A stretch of 64,000 nucleotides of DNA, from positions 4,092,001 through 4,156,000 of the forward strand of contig OZ059895.1 of NCBI GenBank assembly GCA_964057225.1. The letters are read 5' to 3'. This document shows positions 29,100 through 42,747 of this stretch, piece after piece. A program made the position numbers and the translations under genes. The stretch is from Auanema rhodensis. Its lineage: Eukaryota; Animalia; Nematoda. Position 1 is the stretch's first letter, and every line of letters begins with the position of its first letter. The notes below the pieces were generated by a model, which searched no databases, was not told the origin of the DNA, and was given only the letters and a program-made list of their open reading frames with translations.

Positions 29100-32000
29100 G
29101 AAAAAATTTTTGTCAAAATGTTTTTGGAAGCAATGTTGAGTGTACATGGAAACTCAACATACACTAATGCATCATTTTTCAAACGATCATAACTAATTTT
29201 TGTATTAAGCGTTTCTCAATGAAGTATAGTGCATTCGATGCGGATTTTTAAGCTGCGTCGATCTGTGTTATCAGATTTGCGCTAGCTTGAAAATGCACCG
29301 AGATATCAACTGATATAAGTTCACACTTATATCCTCGATTTTCACCCTGAAGAATTAATTTTTTCGTTGAATAACATTGCCCATTGTCTTTGCCTTGAAA
29401 AAAGGAATCTAAAAACATCTACTTTTTGCTAAATTATTTTGAAATTTTTTGAAAAAATGTTTGTCAAAATGTTTTTGGAAGCAATGTTGAGTGTACATGG
29501 AAACTCAACATACACTAATGCATCATTTTTCAAACGATCATAACTAAGTTTTGTATTAAGCGTTTCTCAATGAAGTATAGTGCATTCGATGCGGATTTTT
29601 AAGCTGCGTCGATCTGTGTTATCAGATTTGCGCTAGCTTGAAAATGCACCGAGATATCAACTGATATAAGTTCACACTTATATCCTCGATTTTCACCCTG
29701 AAGAATTAATTTTTTCGTTGAATAACATTGCCCATCGTCTTTGCCTTGGAAAAAGGAATCTAAAAACATCTACTTTTTGCTAAATTATTTTGAAATTTTT
29801 TGAAAAAATTTTTGTCAAAATGTTTTTGGAAGCAATGTTGAGTGTACATGGAAACTCAACATACACTAATGCATCATTTTTCAAACGATCATAACTAATT
29901 TTTGTATTAAGCGTTTCTCAATAAAGTATAGTGCATTCGATGCGGATTTTTAAGCTGCGTCGATCTGTGTTATCAGATTTGCGCTAGCTTAAAAATGCAC
30001 CGAGATATCAACTGATATAAGTTCACACTTATATCCTCGATTTTCACCCTGAAGAATTAATTTTTTCGTTGAATAACATTGTCCATCGTCTTTGCCTTAA
30101 AAAAATGAATCTAAAAACATCTACTTTTTGCTAAATTATTTTGAAATTTTTCGAAAAAATTTTTGTCAAAATGTTTTTGGAAGCAATGTTGAGTGTACAT
30201 GGAAACTCAACATACACTAATGCATCATTTTTCAAACGATCATAACTAATTTTTGTATTAAGCGTTTCTCAATGAAGTATAGTGCATTCGATGCGGATTT
30301 TTAAGCTGCGTCGATCTGTGTTATCAGATTTGCGCTAGCTTGAAAATGCACCGAGATATCAACTGATATAAGTTCACACTTATATCCTCGATTTTCACCC
30401 TGAAGAATTAATTTTTTCGTTGAATAACATTGCCCATCGTCTTTGCCTTGAAAAAAGAAATCTAAAAACATCTACTTTTTGCTAAATTATTTTGAAATTT
30501 TTTGAAAAAATGTTTGTCAAAATGTTTTTGGAAGCAATGTTGAGTGTACATGGAAACTCAACATACACTAATGCATCATTTTTCAAACGATCATAACTAA
30601 TTTTTGTATTAAGCGTTTCTCAATAAAGTATAGTGCATTCGATGCGGATTTTTAAGCTGCGTCGATCTGTGTTATCAGATTTGCGCTAGCTTAAAAATGC
30701 ACCGAGATATCAACTGATATAAGTTCACACTTATATCCTCGATTTCACCCTGAAGAATTAATTTTTTCGTTGAATAACATTGTCCATCGTCTTTGCCTTA
30801 AAAAAATGAATCTAAAAACATCTACTTTTTGCTAAATTATTTTGAAATTTTTCGAAAAAATTTTTGTCAAAATGTTTTTGGAAGCAATGTTGAGTGTACA
30901 TGGAAACTCAACATACACTAATGCATCATTTTTCAAACGATCATAACTAATTTTTGTATTAAGCGTTTCTCAATGAAGTATAGTGCATTCGATGCGGATT
31001 TTTAAGCTGCGTCGATCTGTGTTATCAGATTTGCGCTAGCTTAAAAATGCACCGAGATATCAACTGATATAAGTTCTCACTTATATCCTCGATTTTCACC
31101 CTGAAGAATTAATTTTTTCGTTGAATAACATTGTCCATCGTCTTTGCCTTAAAAAAATGAATCTAAAAACATCTACTTTTTGCTAAATTATTTTGAAATT
31201 TTTCGAAAAAATTTTTGTCAAAATGTTTTTGGAAGCAATGTTGAGTGTACATGGAAACTCAACATACACTAATGCATCATTTTTCAAACGATCATAACTA
31301 ATTTTTGTATTAAGCGTTTCTCAATGAAGTATAGTGCATTCGATGCGGATTTTTAAGCTGCGTCGATCTGTGTTATCAGATTTGCGCTAGCTTGAAAATG
31401 CACCGAGATATCAACTGATATAAGTTCACACTTATATCCTCGATTTTCACCCTGAAGAATTAATTTTTTCGTTGAATAACATTGCCCATCGTCTTTGCCT
31501 TGGAAAAAAGAATCTAAAAACATCTACTTTTTGCTAAATTATTTTGAAATTTTTTGAAAAAATTTTTGTCAAAATGTTTTTGGAAGCAATGTTGAGTGTA
31601 CATGGAAACTCAACATACACTAATGCATCATTTTTCAAACGATCATAACTAATTTTTGTATTAAGCGTTTCTCAATAAAGTATAGTGCATTCGATGCGGA
31701 TTTTTAAGCTGCGTCGATCTGTGTTATCAGATTTGCGCTAGCTTAAAAATGCACCGAGATATCAACTGATATAAGTTCACACTTATATCCTCGATTTTCA
31801 CCCTGAAGAATTAATTTTTTCGTTGAATAACATTGTCCATCGTCTTTGCCTTAAAAAAATGAATCTAAAAACATCTACTTTTTGCTAAATTATTTTGAAA
31901 TTTTTCGAAAAAATTTTTGTCAAAATGTTTTTGGAAGCAATGTTGAGTGTACATGGAAACTCAACATACACTAATGCATCATTTTTCAAACGATCATAAC

Positions 32001-35000
32001 TAATTTTTGTATTAAGCGTTTCTCAATGAAGTATAGTGCATTCGATGCGGATTTTTAAGCTGCGTCGATCTGTGTTATCAGATTTGCGCTAGCTTGAAAA
32101 TGCACCGAGATATCAACTGATATAAGTTCACACTTATATCCTCGATTTTCACCCTGAAGAATTAATTTTTTCGTTGAATAACATTGCCCATCGTCTTTGC
32201 CTTGAAAAAAGGAATCTAAAAACATCTACTTTTTGCTAAATTATTTTGAAATTTTTTGAAAAAATGTTTGTCAAAATGTTTTTGGAAGCAATGTTGAGTG
32301 TACATGGAAACTCAACATACACTAATGCATCATTTTTCAAACGATCATAACTAATTTTTGTATTAAGCGTTTCTCAATAAAGTATAGTGCATTCGATGCG
32401 GATTTTTAAGCTGCGTCGATCTGTGTTATCAGATTTGCGCTAGCTTAAAAATGCACCGAGATATCAACTGATATAAGTTCACACTTATATCCTCGATTTT
32501 CACCCTGAAGAATTAATTTTTTCGTTGAATAACATTGTCCATCGTCTTTGCCTTAAAAAAATGAATCTAAAAACATCTACTTTTTGCTAAATTATTTTGA
32601 AATTTTTCGAAAAAATTTTTGTCAAAATGTTTTTGGAAGCAATGTTGAGTGTACATGGAAACTCAACATACACTAATGCATCATTTTTCAAACGATCATA
32701 ACTAATTTTTGTATTAAGCGTTTCTCAATAAAGTATAGTGCATTCGATGCGGATTTTTAAGCTGCGTCGATCTGTGTTATCAGATTTGCGCTAGCTTAAA
32801 AATGCACCGAGATATCAACTGATATAAGTTCACACTTATATCCTCGATTTTCACCCTGAAGAATTAATTTTTTCGTTGAATAACATTGTCCATCGTCTTT
32901 GCCTTAAAAAAATGAATCTAAAAACATCTACTTTTTGCTAAATTATTTTGAAATTTTTCGAAAAAATTTTTGTCAAAATGTTTTTGGAAGCAATGTTGAG
33001 TGTACATGGAAACTCAACATACACTAATGCATCATTTTTCAAACGATCATAACTAATTTTTGTATTAAGCGTTTCTCAATGAAGTATAGTGCATTCGATG
33101 CGGATTTTTAAGCTGCGTCGATCTGTGTTATCAGATTTGCGCTAGCTTGAAAATGCACCGAGATATCAACTGATATAAGTTCACACTTATATCCTCGATT
33201 TTCACCCTGAAGAATTAATTTTTTCGTTGAATAACATTGCCCATTGTCTTTGCCTTGAAAAAAGGAATCTAAAAACATCTACTTTTTGCTAAATTATTTT
33301 GAAATTTTTTGAAAAAATGTTTGTCAAAATGTTTTTGGAAGCAATGTTGAGTGTACATGGAAACTCAACATACACTAATGCATCATTTTTCAAACGATCA
33401 TAACTAAGTTTTGTATTAAGCGTTTCTCAATGAAGTATAGTGCATTCGATGCGGATTTTTAAGCTGCGTCGATCTGTGTTATCAGATTTGCGCTAGCTTG
33501 AAAATGCACCGAGATATCAACTGATATAAGTTCACACTTATATCCTCGATTTTCACCCTGAAGAATTAATTTTTTCGTTGAATAACATTGCCCATCGTCT
33601 TTGCCTTGGAAAAAGGAATCTAAAAACATCTACTTTTTGCTAAATTATTTTGAAATTTTTTGAAAAAATTTTTGTCAAAATGTTTTTGGAAGCAATGTTG
33701 AGTGTACATGGAAACTCAACATACACTAATGCATCATTTTTCAAACGATCATAACTAATTTTTGTATTAAGCGTTTCTCAATAAAGTATAGTGCATTCGA
33801 TGCGGATTTTTAAGCTGCGTCGATCTGTGTTATCAGATTTGCGCTAGCTTAAAAATGCACCGAGATATCAACTGATATAAGTTCACACTTATATCCTCGA
33901 TTTTCACCCTGAAGAATTAATTTTTTCGTTGAATAACATTGTCCATCGTCTTTGCCTTAAAAAAATGAATCTAAAAACATCTACTTTTTGCTAAATTATT
34001 TTGAAATTTTTCGAAAAAATTTTTGTCAAAATGTTTTTGGAAGCAATGTTGAGTGTACATGGAAACTCAACATACACTAATGCATCATTTTTCAAACGAT
34101 CATAACTAATTTTTGTATTAAGCGTTTCTCAATGAAGTATAGTGCATTCGATGCGGATTTTTAAGCTGCGTCGATCTGTGTTATCAGATTTGCGCTAGCT
34201 TGAAAATGCACCGAGATATCAACTGATATAAGTTCACACTTATATCCTCGATTTTCACCCTGAAGAATTAATTTTTTCGTTGAATAACATTGCCCATCGT
34301 CTTTGCCTTGAAAAAAGAAATCTAAAAACATCTACTTTTTGCTAAATTATTTTGAAATTTTTTGAAAAAATGTTTGTCAAAATGTTTTTGGAAGCAATGT
34401 TGAGTGTACATGGAAACTCAACATACACTAATGCATCATTTTTCAAACGATCATAACTAATTTTTGTATTAAGCGTTTCTCAATAAAGTATAGTGCATTC
34501 GATGCGGATTTTTAAGCTGCGTCGATCTGTGTTATCAGATTTGCGCTAGCTTAAAAATGCACCGAGATATCAACTGATATAAGTTCACACTTATATCCTC
34601 GATTTCACCCTGAAGAATTAATTTTTTCGTTGAATAACATTGTCCATCGTCTTTGCCTTAAAAAAATGAATCTAAAAACATCTACTTTTTGCTAAATTAT
34701 TTTGAAATTTTTCGAAAAAATTTTTGTCAAAATGTTTTTGGAAGCAATGTTGAGTGTACATGGAAACTCAACATACACTAATGCATCATTTTTCAAACGA
34801 TCATAACTAATTTTTGTATTAAGCGTTTCTCAATGAAGTATAGTGCATTCGATGCGGATTTTTAAGCTGCGTCGATCTGTGTTATCAGATTTGCGCTAGC
34901 TTAAAAATGCACCGAGATATCAACTGATATAAGTTCTCACTTATATCCTCGATTTTCACCCTGAAGAATTAATTTTTTCGTTGAATAACATTGTCCATCG

Positions 35001-37500
35001 TCTTTGCCTTAAAAAAATGAATCTAAAAACATCTACTTTTTGCTAAATTATTTTGAAATTTTTCGAAAAAATTTTTGTCAAAATGTTTTTGGAAGCAATG
35101 TTGAGTGTACATGGAAACTCAACATACACTAATGCATCATTTTTCAAACGATCATAACTAATTTTTGTATTAAGCGTTTCTCAATGAAGTATAGTGCATT
35201 CGATGCGGATTTTTAAGCTGCGTCGATCTGTGTTATCAGATTTGCGCTAGCTTGAAAATGCACCGAGATATCAACTGATATAAGTTCACACTTATATCCT
35301 CGATTTTCACCCTGAAGAATTAATTTTTTCGTTGAATAACATTGCCCATCGTCTTTGCCTTGGAAAAAAGAATCTAAAAACATCTACTTTTTGCTAAATT
35401 ATTTTGAAATTTTTTGAAAAAATTTTTGTCAAAATGTTTTTGGAAGCAATGTTGAGTGTACATGGAAACTCAACATACACTAATGCATCATTTTTCAAAC
35501 GATCATAACTAATTTTTGTATTAAGCGTTTCTCAATAAAGTATAGTGCATTCGATGCGGATTTTTAAGCTGCGTCGATCTGTGTTATCAGATTTGCGCTA
35601 GCTTAAAAATGCACCGAGATATCAACTGATATAAGTTCACACTTATATCCTCGATTTTCACCCTGAAGAATTAATTTTTTCGTTGAATAACATTGTCCAT
35701 CGTCTTTGCCTTAAAAAAATGAATCTAAAAACATCTACTTTTTGCTAAATTATTTTGAAATTTTTCGAAAAAATTTTTGTCAAAATGTTTTTGGAAGCAA
35801 TGTTGAGTGTACATGGAAACTCAACATACACTAATGCATCATTTTTCAAACGATCATAACTAATTTTTGTATTAAGCGTTTCTCAATGAAGTATAGTGCA
35901 TTCGATGCGGATTTTTAAGCTGCGTCGATCTGTGTTATCAGATTTGCGCTAGCTTGAAAATGCACCGAGATATCAACTGATATAAGTTCACACTTATATC
36001 CTCGATTTTCACCCTGAAGAATTAATTTTTTCGTTGAATAACATTGCCCATCGTCTTTGCCTTGAAAAAAGGAATCTAAAAACATCTACTTTTTGCTAAA
36101 TTATTTTGAAATTTTTTGAAAAAATGTTTGTCAAAATGTTTTTGGAAGCAATGTTGAGTGTACATGGAAACTCAACATACACTAATGCATCATTTTTCAA
36201 ACGATCATAACTAATTTTTGTATTAAGCGTTTCTCAATAAAGTATAGTGCATTCGATGCGGATTTTTAAGCTGCGTCGATCTGTGTTATCAGATTTGCGC
36301 TAGCTTAAAAATGCACCGAGATATCAACTGATATAAGTTCACACTTATATCCTCGATTTTCACCCTGAAGAATTAATTTTTTCGTTGAATAACATTGTCC
36401 ATCGTCTTTGCCTTAAAAAAATGAATCTAAAAACATCTACTTTTTGCTAAATTATTTTGAAATTTTTCGAAAAAATTTTTGTCAAAATGTTTTTGGAAGC
36501 AATGTTGAGTGTACATGGAAACTCAACATACACTAATGCATCATTTTTCAAACGATCATAACTAATTTTTGTATTAAGCGTTTCTCAATAAAGTATAGTG
36601 CATTCGATGCGGATTTTTAAGCTGCGTCGATCTGTGTTATCAGATTTGCGCTAGCTTAAAAATGCACCGAGATATCAACTGATATAAGTTCACACTTATA
36701 TCCTCGATTTTCACCCTGAAGAATTAATTTTTTCGTTGAATAACATTGTCCATCGTCTTTGCCTTAAAAAAATGAATCTAAAAACATCTACTTTTTGCTA
36801 AATTATTTTGAAATTTTTCGAAAAAATTTTTGTCAAAATGTTTTTGGAAGCAATGTTGAGTGTACATGGAAACTCAACATACACTAATGCATCATTTTTC
36901 AAACGATCATAACTAATTTTTGTATTAAGCGTTTCTCAATGAAGTATAGTGCATTCGATGCGGATTTTTAAGCTGCGTCGATCTGTGTTATCAGATTTGC
37001 GCTAGCTTGAAAATGCACCGAGATATCAACTGATATAAGTTCACACTTATATCCTCGATTTTCACCCTGAAGAATTAATTTTTTCGTTGAATAACATTGC
37101 CCATTGTCTTTGCCTTGAAAAAAGGAATCTAAAAACATCTACTTTTTGCTAAATTATTTTGAAATTTTTCGAAAAAATTTTTGTCAAAATGTTTTTGGAA
37201 GCAATGTTGAGTGTACATGGAAACTCAACATACACTAATGCATCATTTTTCAAACGATCATAACTAAGTTTTGTATTAAGCGTTTCTCAATGAAGTATAG
37301 TGCATTCGATGCGGATTTTTAAGCTGCGTCGATCTGTGTTATCAGATTTGCGCTAGCTTGAAAATGCACCGAGATATCAACTGATATAAGTTCACACTTA
37401 TATCCTCGATTTTCACCCTGAAGAATTAATTTTTTCGTTGAATAACATTGCCCATCGTCTTTGCCTTGAAAAAAGGAATCTAAAAACATCTACTTTTTGC
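29100..37500 (+). repeat. 11-monomer (3860-bp) higher-order repeat, a little over 2 copies (approximate ends)
   Basis: 1-bp deletion GATTTCACCC at 30741/34601, CCATTGTC at 29385/33245/37105, AAAGAAATC at 30458/34318. Confidence 0.9.
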
Positions 37501-38629
37501 TAAATTATTTTGAAATTTTTTGAAAAAATTTTTGTCAAAATGTTTTTGGAAGCAATGTTGAGTGTACATGGAAACTCAACATACACTAATGCATCATTTT
37601 TCAAACGATCATAACTAATTTTTGTATTAAGCGTTTCTCAATAAAGTATAGTGCATTCGATGCGGATTTTTAAGCTGCGTCGATCTGTGTTATCTGATTT
37701 GCGCTAGCTTGAAAATGCACCGAGATATCAACTGATATAAGTTCACACTTATATCCTCGATTTTCACCCTGAAGAATTAATTTTTTCGTTGAATAACATT
37801 GCCCATCGTCTTTGCCTTGAAAAAAGGAATCTAAAAACATCTACTTTTTGCTAAATTATTTTGAAATTTTTCGAAAAAACTTTTGTCAAAATGTTTTTGG
37901 AAGCAATGTTGAGTGTACATGGAAACTCAACATACACTAATGCATCATTTTTCAAACGATCATAACTAATTTTTTATTAAGCGTTTCTCAATGAAGTATA
38001 GTGCATTCGATGCGGATTTTTAAGCTGCGTCGATCTTTGTTATCAGATTTGCGCTAGCTTGAAAATGCACCGAGATATCAACTGATATAAGTTCACACTT
38101 ATATCCTCGATTTTCACCCTGAAGAATTAATTTTTTCGTTGAATAACATTGCCCATCGTCTTTGCCTTGAAAAAAGGAATCTAAAAACATCTACTTTTTG
38201 CTAAATTATTTTGAAATTTTTTGAAAAAATGTTTGTCAAAATGTTTTTGGAAGCAATGTTGAGTGTACATGGAAACTCAACATACACTAATGCATCATTT
38301 TTCAAACGATCATAACTAATTTTTGTATTAAGCGTTTCTCAATGAAGTATAGTGCATTCGATGCGGATTTTTTTTACGTGAACTGACGTACGCCAAATGC
38401 TTCACTTTTAAATTCATATTCCGAAAAGATACAGAATATAAAAATAATGATTTATTCAATTTATAGTGATAAAACAGTTAATAATAAATGCGACTACGCG
38501 CTATGAGTCAACAATGTGAACTGATTTAAAAGTGAAGCATTTGGCGTACGTCAGTTCACGTAAATATGACGTAAACTGTATACGACCGCTCACAACAGAA
38601 ATATATTTTAAAATGAATTTACTTATTTT

Positions 38630-38766
38630 TAGCGCGTAGTCGCATATTTAATAATATATATCGTGATTCATAAAATATTTCTTATAAATAAATCATTTTC
38701 ATTATATTTCGTTTTAATTTCGAGATATAAAAAGATATATATTATTAAATATGCGACTACGCGCTA
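38630..38766. repeat. IR1 mirror copy: perfect 33-bp arms 38630-38662 and 38734-38766
   Basis: Exact reverse complements by direct reading. Confidence 0.93.
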
Positions 38767-39054
38767 TGAGCCAACTATGTGAACTGAAAGATAACTTTAT
38801 AGTCCTCGTTACGTCAATTTCACGCGCTTATGACGTGACGCGTATACAACCGGTTTTCTCAAACCAAATGAGAATAAATGATTAATGAATTATTTCTTTT
38901 CAGGATGATTTTAATATTTAATGAATTCTCACTTTTTTAATAGTTTCTCCGTTACTTTCATTAAATTTCGTATAATATACGAAACATTCCAGCCCGAATC
39001 GGGTTGTTTAATATGTTTCACGAAAGAATTCATTTTATTTCATTTAAAAAATGT

Positions 39055-39557
39055 TTATTTTCGTTTGGTACATGTGCAGATAATAAAATTATACTGCTTC
39101 AAATTACAAAATTTACAAATTTTTGCTTTTGTGCAATCTCCTTTATGTCTGTTAAGACAGAGTAAGCATAACTTCATAGAGACTGCTTTGGTAAACTTAG
39201 AAAGTTTAGATGGATGTTGGGAACATTTTTCGGTGTTGTGTTCTTTTTTACAGAGTTTGCAGTATGACTTCGGTTTATATGTTATAGTTGATGTACCATC
39301 TTTCTTAAATAATTTTTTGTTATTTATAAGTTGTTTATTATTAAATTATATACCTTTTCTGGTTGTTTACTACTTATCTCTCGTTTTTCAGAGTAAATAT
39401 CATTCAATTTCTTCAGTGCTTCACACATAGTAACCACGTGTTTCTCCAGAAAGGATATTCTTTCTATGAGATTGTCGGTGGTTGCTTGGTTTTCTTCAAT
39501 TCCTTCCTCCAGAAGTAGTTCTTCATAATCATTCATGATTTCGTTCTGTTCCTTCAT
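39055..39557 (-). CDS. Mirror copy of the spliced zinc-knuckle gene: exon 1 39557-39354, intron 39353-39304, exon 2 39303-39055
   Basis: Reverse complement of 45509-46011 with the splice sites conserved. One intronic SNP and one T/P change near the C-terminus (ICTCTKRK). Confidence 0.8.
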
Positions 39558-39560
39558 GAG

Positions 39561-39665
39561 AAATGAATTTTTCTGTTAGATTCTTTTCTTTATATACTAT
39601 TTCTGGTTGCGTGACTTTACGTGACGTTCACGTAACGTTATGACGTGTCACGAATCATCCGCCGC
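39561..39665 (-). promoter_or_regulatory. Mirror copy of the putative promoter
   Basis: Reverse complement of 45401-45505, with TTTATATA at 39589-39596. Confidence 0.6.
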
Positions 39666-39807
39666 AAAAAAAAACGACCGATTAACTCTTTTCACATAAT
39701 TTGAATTACTTTTTATTTAAAATTAATATATATATATATATATATTTTTTATTCTAGAAACTACACTATGCATCTACAATATTTAATTTAATTCAATGTT
39801 GTTATAG

Positions 39808-42747
39808 TTAAAAGAACATAGTGTAGTCAATTTTTTCGATATTCCGAAGTCTATTTTTCCATAATTCTGGATTATTCTCTTTTATATTTTTTGGTTCATT
39901 ACTTTTTTCATGATTTTGCAATGATTCACTGTTTATTCTATGATTTTCTTCGTTATTTGGTGTATTTTCTGATATTTCCAGAGGGATGAGATGATTAATA
40001 GATCTGAGAAATCGATTCCCTTCAGAATTTCTAATTTTGACGGTTCTGATCTCTCCATCTTGCGAATATATCAATTCTTCAATAATTGCAAGTGGCCATT
40101 TGTGTCTTTTTACGTTATTTTCAATGCATAAAACAATTTCACCAACTTTGGGATTTGTTTTATTACAGTTTTTGTTGATAGCACTCTTGTTAGATAATGC
40201 TCTTAGTTCTTCAAGGTAAGTTAAAGACCATTCTCTCCAAAATTCCGAAATAGTTCTATTGCAAATACTCATCCAGTCTTTTATTTCGTTAATTTGAGAT
40301 AAATTTGTTTTCTTTGCATTATCCGAGAATTCGCAAATGAGGTTTTCTGGATGGTAGTACTCTAGACTTTTAGGAGTTATTATTTTGTCAAAATCGTCAT
40401 GTATGTACGATATAGGTCTCGAATTTATTATATTTTCAATTTCTGTTAAAATTGTACTTAATTCATTGAAATAAACTGTTCTTGTTCCAAGTGTTTTTAT
40501 TAAGTACTTTTTTGTTACTCCAATCAATCTTTCATAAAATCCTCCTTTCCATGGTGAATAAGGAGTTATTTTTTGCCAGTTTACATGCTTTTTTTCAATG
40601 AAAGTTTCGAGAATTTTATCAGTTTTTGTAAACTGACTGCCGTTATCTGATATTATTTTTGTTGGTACTCGTTTTCGAGCAAAAAATTTTCTCAGATTTA
40701 GTGTTAATTCTTTACTGGAGCAATCATTGGCTAAATCCAAATATACTGCTCGTGTACACAGGCAAGTAATTAACATAATCCAAACCTTCTTGTCATAATT
40801 ACTATTTGTTTTTACTAATAACGGACCGGCGTAATCAATACCTATATTTTCGAAAGGTTTATATATTAGGACTCTTTCTTTTGGTAATTGAGGATAATTT
40901 GGGTATTTATATGGCCTATTATTTAATTTTTTACATTTTAAACATTTTGAAATTACTGTATTTATGCATGTTTTAAGTTTTATGATGAAAAATTCTCTTC
41001 TTACTATTGCCATCATGGTTTCTCGCGAACTATGAAGCGATGTCTCATGAATGTAAGTAAGAATAAGTTTAGTGAATGTTTTTTTTCCAAAAAGAAGAAT
41101 TGGATACTGTTTGTTACTATTTTCTGAGTTGCCTAATCGGCCTCGCACTCTTAATATTCCAGAATCATCTGTAATTATATCCAATTTCTTGTATTTTTCT
41201 TTTTTAAGCAAAATGCTGTTTTGGTTTTGATGACATTTTATTAGAAGTTGTTGAATCATTTTGTTTTTTGTCAACGTATCTTTTTCATTAAAATTCTCAA
41301 GCAGATTTTGACTTGTTTTTCCGATATTTTTCTGCATTTTAGTGATGAAAATTAGAACTTGGCGAATTATGTTAATGAACTTTGAATACGATGAAAAAGT
41401 TTGTGCCAAGAAATCTAAATCTTGATTCTCAGCTGGATTCATTTCAGATTTTAACAACAAAGTCACTATTTTTAGTTGTGGTTCATCACAATACTTTTCT
41501 ATAACTTCTTTCAATGTTTTTATGTGCAAATTTCGTTCTTTTTCTGCTTTATACCATTGAGGACCTTCGATCCATTGCATATATGTTTCATCGGGTTTTT
41601 CTAAACCTCTCGTAGGTAAATCGGCAGGATTAAACTTTGTATTCACATAAAAAAATTCAATTTTTCGGTTTCCTTGTTCAATTTCGGTTATTAATTCTGT
41701 TATTTTGTTCAATCTGTTCCGTACATATATTTTTTTCGTTGGATTCTTATGTAACCAATATAGAACAACTTGTGAATCAGTGAAAATTTTAATATTTTTG
41801 ATTTTTACGTTTATTTCTTTGATATTTTCTTTTAACATTTTCATTCCGAAAAGAACAGCAGTTAGTTCTTTCATTGGTATGGTTCCTTCAACCATTGTCG
41901 ATGATTTAGAGCATAAAAAATCTATTTTTTCAATTTTTCCATGAATATTTATACTCATCACATATGCGACGGCCGCTATGACATCTTTAGACGCGTCAGT
42001 GAATAATAAAAATTCATATTTTTGAGATGTATCGCTTGTTTCATCGATAATTGCTCTTTTAATTTCGATTTTTTCGTTTTCGATCTTTTTATATAAGGTT
42101 TTCCATACTGATTGTTGTTTTTCTGGTATTAGTTCGTCCCATCCTATTTTGGAATCCCAAATTTCTTTCAAAAATAACCTTAGTTTTAATGTTAGAGGTT
42201 GTGTTATACCGAGAGGGTCGAATATTGAGTTTATATAGCTCAAAATTCCTCTTTTGGTGATAGACTTCTCTTCCCATTTGGGTATTTTTATTAATAAAAC
42301 ATCTTTTTTACCGTTGTAATGCATTCCTAGTATTTTGAAGCTTGTTTCTTTAATCTGGTCTTTGATTGGGATCATGTCTTTTTGAATTACATCATTAGTA
42401 TAAAATTCTCTAACGTTCATTCCTATTTTTGAAAATAAATTTTTTACTTCCTCATAAAATTTGAAAATTTGATCTTTATTTTCAATTTTCAGCATTATGT
42501 TGTCCACATAAATGTTTCTTAATATATTTTCTGAGATTTCACTTTTTTCCGTTTTTAAAAAATAAATTATGCTTGCTGCTAATAGGAATGGTGAACTGTT
42601 CACTCCAAAAGGTATTCTTGTAAATCGTAAGTTTAGAATGTTACTTTTCTGCGTTCCTTTGTGAATGTCTTTCACCCATAAAATTCTTGTTAAATCTCTA
42701 TGATTTTCGTCTAATTCTATTTGGTGGAACGCTTTCTCTATGTCCAT
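39808..42747 (-). CDS. pol: BEL/Pao Pol fragment, 979 aa: reverse transcriptase (from motif A), RNase H, integrase and C-terminal domain
   Basis: RT: DIEKAFHQI, RIPFGVNSSPFLL, YVDN. RNase H: FTDAS, TIPMKEL, FTDSQ, NPADLPTRG. Integrase zinc finger: HETSLH...CLKC. DDE core: IGIDYAGP, ISDNGSQF, GGFYERLIG. BEL-type C-terminus: FWREWSLTYLEELR...WPLAIIEEL...RSINHLIPLE. No stops or frameshifts. Confidence 0.95.
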   Translation of the reverse strand: MDIEKAFHQIELDENHRDLTRILWVKDIHKGTQKSNILNLRFTRIPFGVNSSPFLLAASIIYFLKTEKSEISENILRNIYVDNIMLKIENKDQIFKFYEEVKNLFSKIGMNVREFYTNDVIQKDMIPIKDQIKETSFKILGMHYNGKKDVLLIKIPKWEEKSITKRGILSYINSIFDPLGITQPLTLKLRLFLKEIWDSKIGWDELIPEKQQSVWKTLYKKIENEKIEIKRAIIDETSDTSQKYEFLLFTDASKDVIAAVAYVMSINIHGKIEKIDFLCSKSSTMVEGTIPMKELTAVLFGMKMLKENIKEINVKIKNIKIFTDSQVVLYWLHKNPTKKIYVRNRLNKITELITEIEQGNRKIEFFYVNTKFNPADLPTRGLEKPDETYMQWIEGPQWYKAEKERNLHIKTLKEVIEKYCDEPQLKIVTLLLKSEMNPAENQDLDFLAQTFSSYSKFINIIRQVLIFITKMQKNIGKTSQNLLENFNEKDTLTKNKMIQQLLIKCHQNQNSILLKKEKYKKLDIITDDSGILRVRGRLGNSENSNKQYPILLFGKKTFTKLILTYIHETSLHSSRETMMAIVRREFFIIKLKTCINTVISKCLKCKKLNNRPYKYPNYPQLPKERVLIYKPFENIGIDYAGPLLVKTNSNYDKKVWIMLITCLCTRAVYLDLANDCSSKELTLNLRKFFARKRVPTKIISDNGSQFTKTDKILETFIEKKHVNWQKITPYSPWKGGFYERLIGVTKKYLIKTLGTRTVYFNELSTILTEIENIINSRPISYIHDDFDKIITPKSLEYYHPENLICEFSDNAKKTNLSQINEIKDWMSICNRTISEFWREWSLTYLEELRALSNKSAINKNCNKTNPKVGEIVLCIENNVKRHKWPLAIIEELIYSQDGEIRTVKIRNSEGNRFLRSINHLIPLEISENTPNNEENHRINSESLQNHEKSNEPKNIKENNPELWKNRLRNIEKIDYTMFF

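Larger units (their letters stand above)
1..38372 (+). repeat. 351-bp tandem satellite array, left (about 109 monomers, runs off the window start)
   Basis: TTGAGTGTACATGGAAACTC recurs at 1, 352 and so on, and exactly at 7021 and 14041 (20 x 351). Monomers differ by only a few recurrent SNPs. The array ends inside a monomer after GATGCGGATTTTT at 38372. Confidence 0.99.
38373..42747 (-). mobile_element. 5'-truncated BEL/Pao LTR retrotransposon, left copy (partial pol plus 3' region)
   Basis: Pol has BEL/Pao motifs in RT-RNase H-IN order. No gag, protease, 5' LTR or target-site duplication is visible. The true 3' end of the element is not defined. Confidence 0.9.

Noticed and set aside
38921-39430. 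169-aa hydrophobic ORF (and mirror 45636-46145) as an env or membrane protein
   Set aside because: It is the antisense shadow of the A-rich zinc-knuckle gene. The F/L/I richness follows from T-rich codons.
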